From contig JAXDQS010000005.1 in assembly GCA_034667725.1 (NCBI GenBank), positions 32,001 to 96,000 on the forward strand: a stretch of DNA of 64,000 nt. Direction: 5' to 3'. Below are positions 26,978 to 34,956 of this stretch, piece by piece (position 1 is the first letter of the stretch; the number at the start of each line of letters is the position of its first letter). Below the pieces are notes generated by a model. It saw only the letters and a list, made by a program, of their open reading frames with translations, had not been told where the DNA came from and did no database searches. The DNA comes from Thermoplasmata archaeon. Its GTDB lineage: Archaea; Thermoplasmatota; E2; JACPAO01; JAHFTW01. A program made the position numbers and the translations under genes.

Positions 26978-28471
26978 TCAGCACTGGCCCGAGTTGTAGG
27001 AGCCGGCGCCGCCCGCGGCGCCCGGCCCGCCGTTGGTCATGGTGCCGGTGCCGGCGCTGCCCGGCGAGCCGAGCGTCGAGGGGCCGGGCGCGCCGCCCGC
27101 CGCCGCCGCGACGCCGCCCAAGGCCGGCGCGCCGCCGGGCCCGCCGATCGACGGGCCGTTGCTGGGCGCTCCGCCGCCGCCTCCGGTGCCGCCGCTGCCG
27201 CCGGTGCCGCCGGTGGCCGTCGCCGTGCCGCCGTTGCCGCCGCTGCCGATGACCGCGGAGCCGCCGGCCCCGCCCTCGGCGTCCGCGCCGCCGCCGGCGG
27301 AGCCCGCGCCGCCGGCGCCGCCGGGGCCGCCCGGCGCGCCGCCGCCGAAGATGTTGCACGAGCCGGGGGTGCCGCTGCCGCCGTTGCCGCCGCGGCCGCC
27401 GCAGCCGCCGTGCGCGGTGGCGGAGCCGCCCGCGCCGCCGTTGTTGATGCCGGGGCCGCCGGGGCCGCCCTTGGCGGTGCCGGCGGTGCCGGGGGAGGGG
27501 GCGGGGGTGCCCGGCGAGCCGCTGCCGGTGGGCCCGTCGGAGCCGTTGGTGCCGCAGCCGCCGTTGGCGTTCACGCTGGGCCCGGGGAGGCCGTTGTAGG
27601 TCGTCGGGATGGAGTCGATGGTGTCGCAGACGTCCATGGCGGTGAAGGCGAAGCCGCCGTTGCCGCCGTTGCCCGACCCGGCCACCAAGGCCTCGGCCAG
27701 GCTGCCGCTCTTGTAGGGGGAGCCGCCGATGAGCACGACTCCGGACGAGCCGCCGCTGCCGCCGTTGGCGGCCAAGGCCGTGGGGGGCGTCTGGCTGGCG
27801 TACAGCGGCACCGAGGCGCCGCCGCCGCTGCCGCCGTTGCCCATGAACATGGTGCCAAAGCTGGTGGGGAACGCGGTCAGTTGCAGGTTGCCGCCCGCGC
27901 CGCCGTTGCCGCCGTTGGTGCTGCCTTGGTTGACGGCCATGCCGAGGCAGGCCGGCACGTTGGCGCCGCTGCCGCCGTTGCCGGTCCCGACGCACGAGCC
28001 GAAGCCCATGTTGACCGTGGGCGCCTGCAGCAGCACGTCGCCGCCGTCAAGGCCGTCGTTGCCATGCAGGAGCGAAGCCGATTGCACAGTGCCGCTGCCC
28101 GACGAGCCCGACGAGGCGGCCACGATGCCGTTGAGCTTGATGGTGTTCGCCTTCATCAGGATCGAGCCGCCGGAGCCGTCCTGGTTGGGGAGGGCCAAGA
28201 GGGCGCCGTTGACCGTGATCAAGGAGAGCGGGAAGCCCTCCGCGTTCAGGGTGAGGTCGCCCATGGCGAACCAGGCCTCGCCGGCCGGGATGGTGACCGG
28301 CCCGGTGAGGGTGTTGGTGAGCAGGAGGTTGGGCTTGTAACCGTCGGCGATGAGGGTGGACAAGAGGTTCTCGGAGGGACCGCACAGGGCGGAGGCCGCC
28401 CCAGTGGACGGCATCGGCAGCGAGGCTGCCGCGAGCATCAAGACTGCAAGCGCAAGTTTTCCGTTGGCCAT
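26978..28471 (-). CDS. Secreted glycine-rich PGRS-like repeat protein
   Basis: Signal peptide, then many GGNGG/GGxGGxGG repeats. Confidence 0.8.
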   Translation of the reverse strand: MANGKLALAVLMLAAASLPMPSTGAASALCGPSENLLSTLIADGYKPNLLLTNTLTGPVTIPAGEAWFAMGDLTLNAEGFPLSLITVNGALLALPNQDGSGGSILMKANTIKLNGIVAASSGSSGSGTVQSASLLHGNDGLDGGDVLLQAPTVNMGFGSCVGTGNGGSGANVPACLGMAVNQGSTNGGNGGAGGNLQLTAFPTSFGTMFMGNGGSGGGASVPLYASQTPPTALAANGGSGGSSGVVLIGGSPYKSGSLAEALVAGSGNGGNGGFAFTAMDVCDTIDSIPTTYNGLPGPSVNANGGCGTNGSDGPTGSGSPGTPAPSPGTAGTAKGGPGGPGINNGGAGGSATAHGGCGGRGGNGGSGTPGSCNIFGGGAPGGPGGAGGAGSAGGGADAEGGAGGSAVIGSGGNGGTATATGGTGGSGGTGGGGGAPSNGPSIGGPGGAPALGGVAAAAGGAPGPSTLGSPGSAGTGTMTNGGPGAAGGAGSYNSGQC

Positions 28472-28588
28472 AAGGACCACCGCGCCACACGCTGGGCTTC
28501 ACAAAACCCTTGGTGCTGTTTCGTTCCCCGCGGGACGCGAGGCGCCTGGCCGGGCCGGAGAGAAGAAAGGAAAAGGCGCCCAACTGCC

Positions 28589-29077
28589 CTAGAACCCGAC
28601 GCCGCCGGTCTCGGTGACACCCAGGTTGTTCTTGCCCTTGCGAGAGCCCGGGGAAATCTCCGAGCCGCTGGACGACGCGGTGTCGTCGCCGTATCCAGAC
28701 CCCTCGTGGCCGCCTTGGATGGCGCCCTTGGTGTTCTGGAACTGCTGGCGGGTCGTGCCCACGATGGTGGTCGCGGTCTCGCCGACCTTCTCGATGGCGT
28801 CCTTGGTGTTCTCGGCCACCTTGCTCTCGCGCATCTGGGTGGCGAAGCCCTCGACGGCGCCTGCCGCCGCGGCCACCGCCTTGGCGACCCTGTCGCTCAC
28901 GAACTTCTGGATCTCCTCCGGGGAGGACTCCTTGAAGTTCAGGTGGGAGCCGGCGCCCAGGTTGCTGGGGCGGCTGGGGCGGTAGGTCCGCACGCCGGCG
29001 CCCTTGTCGTGGGTCGCCAGGCCGGGGCTTTCGTGCTGCATCGTTCCGTAGTCGTTCGTGTTGTCGATGTTGTCCAT
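28589..29077 (-). CDS. Hypothetical hydrophilic (stress/LEA-like) protein
   Basis: GAGGTGA RBS; amphipathic helix AAAAGAVEGF shared with the upstream gene. Confidence 0.65.
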   Translation of the reverse strand: MDNIDNTNDYGTMQHESPGLATHDKGAGVRTYRPSRPSNLGAGSHLNFKESSPEEIQKFVSDRVAKAVAAAAGAVEGFATQMRESKVAENTKDAIEKVGETATTIVGTTRQQFQNTKGAIQGGHEGSGYGDDTASSSGSEISPGSRKGKNNLGVTETGGVGF

Positions 29078-29082
29078 GTCGT

Positions 29083-29847
29083 TCACCTCAGGTCGTTCAG
29101 GTCGCTGGGCCCGGGGCCCGCGCCTGGGTTGGAAAGAGTGGAAAGAGGGGTGGTGGGGGCCGGCGTCCAGGTGCGCGTGGCCGGGGCGCGGCCGCGGAAG
29201 GCGCGCCGGACGGGGCGCGCGACGCGGCGCACCTCCTCGCGGGCGTGCTCCAGCTTGTTGGCGGCGGCGTGCTTGCCGCGGGCCTGGGCGGCGCGGGCCA
29301 TTCCAATGGTGACGGCGACGCCGATGCCGTACAGGAGGGCGACCGCCAGCGCGCCCCACGGGGCGCCAAGGATCATGCTCAGGCCGTCCACCAGGAAGAC
29401 CGTGAGCACGACGAAGGCGGCGGCGCCGAGCGCGCCGGCCACGGCCCAGAGGCCGATGCTGGCGGCGAGCCCTTTCGCGTAGGCCCCCGTCGCCTCCTTC
29501 AGGTCGGTGGCGATGTGGCCCGGCGCTTCGCGGGCGCGGCGGGACGCCTCGCCGATGGCCTCGGCGCGCTCGCGCACGTCGTCGGCGACGTTGCGGACGG
29601 CGGCGCCGGTGCGCGCGATGGCGGCCTGCACCTTGCCGTTGGGCGGGGCGGCCGAGGCGGTCGGCTCCGTTCCGGTGGCGGCGTCGCGGACGCGCACCAT
29701 CTCGGTGTAGGCGTTGTTGGCGTGATGCTCCAGGCGCGAGCGGCGGATGCCGTCGGCCAGGCCTTCGGCGGCGCCGGCGGCGGCCGCGGCGGCGCGCTCC
29801 AGGCCCGTGGCGGGTTGCGTTGGTTGCTGCGTGTAGGGTTCGTCCAT
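29083..29847 (-). CDS. Membrane protein resembling the holin-X/DUF1469 family
   Basis: Two TM helices (GAPWGALAVALLY) flanked by Ala-rich coiled regions; adjacent to YihY. Confidence 0.6.
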   Translation of the reverse strand: MDEPYTQQPTQPATGLERAAAAAAGAAEGLADGIRRSRLEHHANNAYTEMVRVRDAATGTEPTASAAPPNGKVQAAIARTGAAVRNVADDVRERAEAIGEASRRAREAPGHIATDLKEATGAYAKGLAASIGLWAVAGALGAAAFVVLTVFLVDGLSMILGAPWGALAVALLYGIGVAVTIGMARAAQARGKHAAANKLEHAREEVRRVARPVRRAFRGRAPATRTWTPAPTTPLSTLSNPGAGPGPSDLNDLR

Positions 29848-29860
29848 TGTCAAGTCCTCC

Positions 29861-30868
29861 TCATGTGGTGCCCTTCCTTGCGGCCTTGCGGGTCTGGGCC
29901 GGCCGCGGCGGCTCGACGCCTTCCTTCTCCGGCGGCGCCTGGCGCTCCAGGACGGCTTGCGGCAGCGGCTCGCCGGTCTTGGCGGGCCGCACCTGGGCGC
30001 CGTGCCGGTTGGCGTAGACCTGGGTCAGCTCGGCGCCGTAGAGGAGCACGAGGCCCGAGTAGTACACCCAGAGCAGGAGCACGAGGACCGCGCCGGCGGC
30101 GCCGTAGCGGGTCGCGGTGGCGGCCTGGCCCAGGTAGAAGCCGATGCCGAGCTCGCCGACCACGAACAGCAGGCCGGTGACGGCGGCTCCGACGCTCACG
30201 TCGCGCCAGGCGACCTTGGTGTCGGGCAGGTAACGGTAGATGAGCGCGAACAGCAGCGACACGATGGCGACGCTGACCACGAAGTGCAGGACGGTCCAGA
30301 GCAGCTCCGCGCCGGGCATCAGGGAGCTTGCGTACTTGGCGCCCGCGGCGATGGCGGCGCTCACGGCGAGGCTCACGAGCAGCAGGAAGCCGACGCCGAG
30401 GACGCCCGCGAAGCCGAGCAGGTTGCGGCGGACGATGGCGCCGATGTTGGCCTTCCAGCCTTGCACGCGCTTGGCCTCGACCTCCCAGACGGTGTTGAGC
30501 GCCTCGCGCAGCTGCGCGAACACGCCGGCAGCACCCAGCAGCAGGGCGACGCCGCCGGCCACGAGGCCGAACAGGCCGGCCTTGGCGCGCACGCCGCCGG
30601 CCATCAGGCTCTCGATGGCGCGCTGGGCGTCGGCGCCCAAGAGCCGGCCGAGCTGCGACGTGACGGCCTCGCGGGCCGCGGTCTGCCCAAAGAGGAGGCC
30701 GGCCACGCTGACGGCGATCAGCAGCAGCGGGCCAAGCGCGAACAGCGCGTAGTACGCCAGCGCGGCCGCCTGCTTCGGGGCCTTGTCGGCCACCCATTCC
30801 TGGCCGGCGCCGCGCAGCAGGCTCCAGACCTGCTTGGGGCGCCCACGGAACCGCTCGCGTTCGGCCAT
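29861..30868 (-). CDS. YihY/BrkB family membrane protein
   Basis: AAALAYYALFALGPLL, ALNTVW, YRYLPD, YGAAGA..LLWVYYS...GAE. Confidence 0.93.
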   Translation of the reverse strand: MAERERFRGRPKQVWSLLRGAGQEWVADKAPKQAAALAYYALFALGPLLLIAVSVAGLLFGQTAAREAVTSQLGRLLGADAQRAIESLMAGGVRAKAGLFGLVAGGVALLLGAAGVFAQLREALNTVWEVEAKRVQGWKANIGAIVRRNLLGFAGVLGVGFLLLVSLAVSAAIAAGAKYASSLMPGAELLWTVLHFVVSVAIVSLLFALIYRYLPDTKVAWRDVSVGAAVTGLLFVVGELGIGFYLGQAATATRYGAAGAVLVLLLWVYYSGLVLLYGAELTQVYANRHGAQVRPAKTGEPLPQAVLERQAPPEKEGVEPPRPAQTRKAARKGTT

Positions 30869-30956
30869 GACACCCAAAACTCCTCCCCCGTTGGGCAAAA
30901 AGGGTTGGAAGCGTGGCGTCGGATGCGGGCCGCCCCCAGGCGCAGCCCAAAGAGCG

Positions 30957-31892
30957 CTACGGTAGGGGCGACCTGCACTCCCACTGCGCCATCACGTCGG
31001 GCGGGCAGGGGGCGTCCACGACGGCGACGGCCTTGATCAGGAACGTCAACGACTGGCCGTAGAGCGGGCTGGCCTCGTTGCCGGGGCGGGTGTAGGCGTC
31101 CTCGGGCGCCATGCGGACCACGCGCGTCGTGGACATGGGCAGGTCCTTCAGCGCCTCGTTGAAGCCGCGGATGGTGGCGAAGTAGCCGAGGCCCGCCTCG
31201 GCCTCCGGGCCGGCGAGCACGCCGCGGGCCGCGCCGAAGGCCGGCTCGGCGGGCGTGCCGCCGGGCAGGTTGCGCGACGGCGCCTTCCAGTAGGCGGGCT
31301 GCTCGCTGGCCTCCTGGTCGTAAACATAGACCGGCAGCGGCGCGTCCCCCTCCCAGACGTACCAGCTTGGCTTGGGGAACAGGAGGGACGCATCGATGTC
31401 CGGGATGTTGGTGTAGAACAGCGTGCCGTTGTCGAAGAAGCCGGCGGTCAGGACGTGGACGCCCTTGCCCGGCGCGGCGGTGGGCGGGAAGGCCGGGCCG
31501 CGTTGCAGGGCCCATTCCAGCGCGTGCGCCGGCTCGTTGGGGTCGGCGCACATGCGGCCAGGGCCCGAGCCCCAGCCGAACCAGGCGGTGCCCTGCGCGA
31601 AGACGCCGGGGACCGTGAGGTTGGCAAGGTGGCCGCCGGGGATTTCCGTGACGCCGACGGCCGTGCCGTTGCCGGCGCCGGCGCGCGGCAGGTCGGCGCC
31701 GAAGCCGTCGGGCGCGAACAGCAGCGTGTCCCACGGGCCCGCGACGGTGGACTCCAGGAAGCTCGCCGGCAGCGGCAGCGCGTGGACCGGGGCCGCGCAG
31801 TCGGCGTCGGGGGCGGGCTCCTGGGGAAGGTCGGCGGGGGCGCTGCAGCCGGCGGCCAGCAGGGCGACGGCAAGGAGGCAGAGGGCACGCAT
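30957..31892 (-). CDS. Lipoprotein with C-terminal FKBP-type PPIase-like domain
   Basis: AAGC lipobox; FDNGTLFYTN, TIRGFNEAL, APEDAY, LYGQSLTFLI. Confidence 0.7.
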   Translation of the reverse strand: MRALCLLAVALLAAGCSAPADLPQEPAPDADCAAPVHALPLPASFLESTVAGPWDTLLFAPDGFGADLPRAGAGNGTAVGVTEIPGGHLANLTVPGVFAQGTAWFGWGSGPGRMCADPNEPAHALEWALQRGPAFPPTAAPGKGVHVLTAGFFDNGTLFYTNIPDIDASLLFPKPSWYVWEGDAPLPVYVYDQEASEQPAYWKAPSRNLPGGTPAEPAFGAARGVLAGPEAEAGLGYFATIRGFNEALKDLPMSTTRVVRMAPEDAYTRPGNEASPLYGQSLTFLIKAVAVVDAPCPPDVMAQWECRSPLP

Positions 31893-31934
31893 GGCGAGCC
31901 GGAGGGCGCGCGGGCTTTCTGCGTTTCCGGCCGC

Positions 31935-32333
31935 CTATTCGAACGAGTACGACCAGGTCACGAAGGCCGGATCGTTGACGGCGTTGAACGGCGGCGTGGC
32001 CTGGCCGGCGTTGGTGTTGTCGAACACGATGTGCCATTCGCCGGCGTCCAGGGGGCAGGTCCCGCCGCCCGCCCGCGCCGGCGCCTCGCTGCACCCAAGG
32101 TAGGTGAACGAATGCTGGCTGGAGAACTGCTGGAAGTTCGCCGCGTCCATCACGAGGGCGTCGATGTTGTGCGCCTGCGTCGAGGAGAAGCTGTAGGTCA
32201 GCGTGCCGGCCCGCTTCGCCTCGAAGGCGATCTGGTAGTATTGGTCCTCGTCGATGCCGATGGAGCCGGAGTCGCTGATGCCCGCGCAGCCTGCAAGCAG
32301 CACGGCAAGGACCGGCAGAAGTGCCGCACGCAC
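31935..32333 (-). CDS. Small lipoprotein
   Basis: LLAGC lipobox, WHIVFDNT; TATA-like TTTTATC ~25 nt upstream. Confidence 0.75.
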   Translation of the reverse strand: MRAALLPVLAVLLAGCAGISDSGSIGIDEDQYYQIAFEAKRAGTLTYSFSSTQAHNIDALVMDAANFQQFSSQHSFTYLGCSEAPARAGGGTCPLDAGEWHIVFDNTNAGQATPPFNAVNDPAFVTWSYSFE

Positions 32334-32367
32334 GCGGCTGCAGCCGCAGGCCGGGATAAAACGGTGC

Positions 32368-32940
32368 CTAGCCCGTCGTGCCCAGCTTCTTGCCCTGGAT
32401 CAGCTCGCCCGTCCACGGGTTGCGGAGGCGGCCGGGCTGGACGACCTCGAGGGGCGTCTCGGCCTTGGGAACCCAGCGCTCGCCGTTGACCAGCAGGCCC
32501 AGCACGTCGTCGTGGCCCAAGAGGTAGTCGCCGTGCAGCACGGTGGTGCGGCGGGGCACGGGGATGACGGCGTCGCAGCACTGGCAGCGCCAGCGGGCGA
32601 AGCGGTCGTTGAAGATGGTGGCTTCGCGCTCCAGCTCCTTGGCGATCTCCGCCATGAAGAACTCCTCGAAGGTGGCGGGGTCGAAGGCGCCCTTCTGGGC
32701 CTCGGCCGGCTTGAACTCGAACTTCTGGTGGCGCAGTTCGCGCAGGATCTCGGCGGCGCGGCGCAGCGACGCCTCGAGCGCGTCGTGCTTCTTCTCGACG
32801 GTGGCCGGCTTGGCGCCCTTGAGGATCTGCTTCGCGGTCTGCGGGGCCTTGCTGCGCGTCTTGGGCGTGGCGGCGGGCGCGTCGTGCTTGGCCTCGACCT
32901 TCGGCTTGGCCTTGCCCTTCGCGGCCTTCTTGGCGGCCAT
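32368..32940 (-). CDS. Hypothetical protein with Lys-rich N-terminus and CxCC motif
   Basis: Host-like codon usage; start overlaps the upstream stop. Confidence 0.7.
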   Translation of the reverse strand: MAAKKAAKGKAKPKVEAKHDAPAATPKTRSKAPQTAKQILKGAKPATVEKKHDALEASLRRAAEILRELRHQKFEFKPAEAQKGAFDPATFEEFFMAEIAKELEREATIFNDRFARWRCQCCDAVIPVPRRTTVLHGDYLLGHDDVLGLLVNGERWVPKAETPLEVVQPGRLRNPWTGELIQGKKLGTTG

Positions 32941-33308
32941 CAGGCGGCCTCCTTGGAGCCGAGGTAGACCTTCAGGGCCAGCTTCATGCCGCGCACGTAC
33001 TCGGGGTCGGCGTGCGGGACGGCGTGCTGGTACTGGGTGACGAAGTTGGTGACGGCGGCGCGGACGTCCCATTCGTTGGACAGCTCGCGGCGCTTGGTGC
33101 GGACGGCTACCAGGACACGGCGGACGCCGTCGGCGACGGGGCCCTCCTCATGGAGGAAGGTCTTGATCTCGTCCTCGTCCTCGAGGGACTTGGCGCCGGC
33201 GGCAACCTGGCCGGGCAGGGGGGGCGTCGTCGGGGGACCCATCTCGATGCGGTTCTGGAAGAACCTGTTGTCCTTGACGCGCCGGCTCGCGGCCAGGGGC
33301 GTATCCAT
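32940..33308 (-). CDS. Hypothetical protein
   Basis: Host-like codon usage; CTTAATG ~25 nt upstream. Confidence 0.7.
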   Translation of the reverse strand: MDTPLAASRRVKDNRFFQNRIEMGPPTTPPLPGQVAAGAKSLEDEDEIKTFLHEEGPVADGVRRVLVAVRTKRRELSNEWDVRAAVTNFVTQYQHAVPHADPEYVRGMKLALKVYLGSKEAA

Positions 33309-33441
33309 GTTGCGCGGGACGGTGGGCCTCCATTAAGGTTTGGTGCCGAGGGCCGAGGCGCGAACGGGTCCCTTTATCCCGAAAAACGTCCCGTGGAAAC
33401 TATCCGCACCAGACATGTTTGCAAGGGGAAAGCAGCCGGCG

Positions 33442-33681
33442 TCAGTGCAGGTTGACGACGATGACGTCGCGCACGGCCTTGATGGCGGTGAAGGCGAACT
33501 GGAGGCGGCCTTGGCTGTCCAGGTGGAAGCCCTTGGTGTCCAGCTCCTGGGAGGGCTCGACGTGGATGCCGACCAGGTCGCCGGTCTCGACATTGGCCGA
33601 GATGTTGCGGAGGATGCCAAGGTAGCCGCCCTCGGAGGACATCACCGTCTTCCCGCGCAGCTCGGACTCGAAGACCTTCAT
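33442..33681 (-). CDS. PRC-barrel domain protein
   Basis: ELRGKTVMSSEGGYLG..N..ETG..IKAVRDVIVV. Confidence 0.88.
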   Translation of the reverse strand: MKVFESELRGKTVMSSEGGYLGILRNISANVETGDLVGIHVEPSQELDTKGFHLDSQGRLQFAFTAIKAVRDVIVVNLH

Positions 33682-33727
33682 GGGCCGCTCCAGGAGGGAG
33701 GCCGAGATAAGGTTGGCGAAACCAGGC

Positions 33728-34075
33728 TCAGGAGGCGGCCACGCGGACGACCTGGCCCTTCCACGCCACCGTCCACTCCGGGCCGTCCTGCCCCGTCAGG
33801 CGCCGCAGCGCGTCGTGCATCCCCTCCACGCGCCGCCCGAGGGTCTCCTCCGACCCGCCGCGCTCCAAGGCGGTGTCGAGGTGGTCCTCCAGGATCTGCG
33901 ACACGGCGTGCAGCTCGCGCGCGTCGAGCGCCGTGGCGTTGGCGAGGTCGCCGCCCTCGACCCGGGCGAACGCCATGCGGCCGGGCGGGGCGGTCATCTG
34001 GTAGAAGGCGGCGACGAGGAGGCCGAGGGCGAGGACCGCGCCGATGGTGGCTGCGACGACCTTGCCGGACGCCAT
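33728..34075 (-). CDS. Hypothetical membrane-anchored protein
   Basis: N-terminal TM helix; start coupled to the GTPase stop. Confidence 0.6.
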   Translation of the reverse strand: MASGKVVAATIGAVLALGLLVAAFYQMTAPPGRMAFARVEGGDLANATALDARELHAVSQILEDHLDTALERGGSEETLGRRVEGMHDALRRLTGQDGPEWTVAWKGQVVRVAAS

Positions 34076-34905
34076 CAGATGGGCTCCCGCTCGGTGTTCT
34101 CCTCGTCCTCGGGGCCCAGGAAGGTGTCGTACTCCGGGGTCGCGTCCTCGGACTGGCCGACGGCGCCTTGCACGAGGGTGTAGAGGTCGTCGATGCCGGT
34201 GCCCGTCATGCTGCTGACCGGGACCAGGACGTTGTCCAGTTTCAGGGTGTCCAACAGGCGCGTCACCTGGGCGGCGAACTCGCGGCTCATGTTGGGCTCC
34301 TCCGAGACGATGTCGGACTCCAGGGCGCTGGTGTCGGCGGCCCAGCCCCGGATGGTCTCCAGCGACTCTGGGTCGACGCGGTCCGACTTGGAGAGCAGGT
34401 AGACCATGGGCTCGTTGAAGCGGAACATGGTGGTGGCGCCCAGCATCAGCTGGCTCGCGAACCCGGTGGCGGTGCGCGCCAGGAACGGATCCATGAGGTA
34501 GGCCAGCACGCTGCGGCCGGGGTTCAGCGACTCGACGATGAACTTGCCCGAGTGCCGGAACACGAACAGCTCGATCTGGCCCGGCGTGTCGATGAGCACC
34601 TGCTCGCCGCGGAAGGCGTTGATCTCCTCCTTGACCTCCTCCAGGTTGAGCGCGATCATGTCGGCCGCCGCGATCTGCGCGCCGTTCGGGCCCAGGCCGT
34701 GCTCCTCCATGATCTCGTCCAGGCGCACCCACTCCCGGATGTCCACGTCCGGCGTGTAGGGCAGCTTCTCCGCGCCGGGGTCCAGGTTCACCAGGACGGT
34801 GCCGATGCCGTGCTGCTTGGCCCACCGGTCGTAGGCCGCCACCATGGTCGACTTGCCGGCGCCGGCGGTGCCGACGAAGTAGATGGTGGTCTCGTTGCCC
34901 GACAT
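34075..34905 (-). CDS. GPN-loop GTPase
   Basis: GTAGAGKST, NLDPG, GLGPNG, DTPGQIELF, SKSD. Confidence 0.95.
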   Translation of the reverse strand: MSGNETTIYFVGTAGAGKSTMVAAYDRWAKQHGIGTVLVNLDPGAEKLPYTPDVDIREWVRLDEIMEEHGLGPNGAQIAAADMIALNLEEVKEEINAFRGEQVLIDTPGQIELFVFRHSGKFIVESLNPGRSVLAYLMDPFLARTATGFASQLMLGATTMFRFNEPMVYLLSKSDRVDPESLETIRGWAADTSALESDIVSEEPNMSREFAAQVTRLLDTLKLDNVLVPVSSMTGTGIDDLYTLVQGAVGQSEDATPEYDTFLGPEDEENTEREPI

Positions 34906-34956
34906 CGCGGGCGCGGACGCGGTGGGGGTTTTCAGGGATTGGGCCCGAGAGGACCG

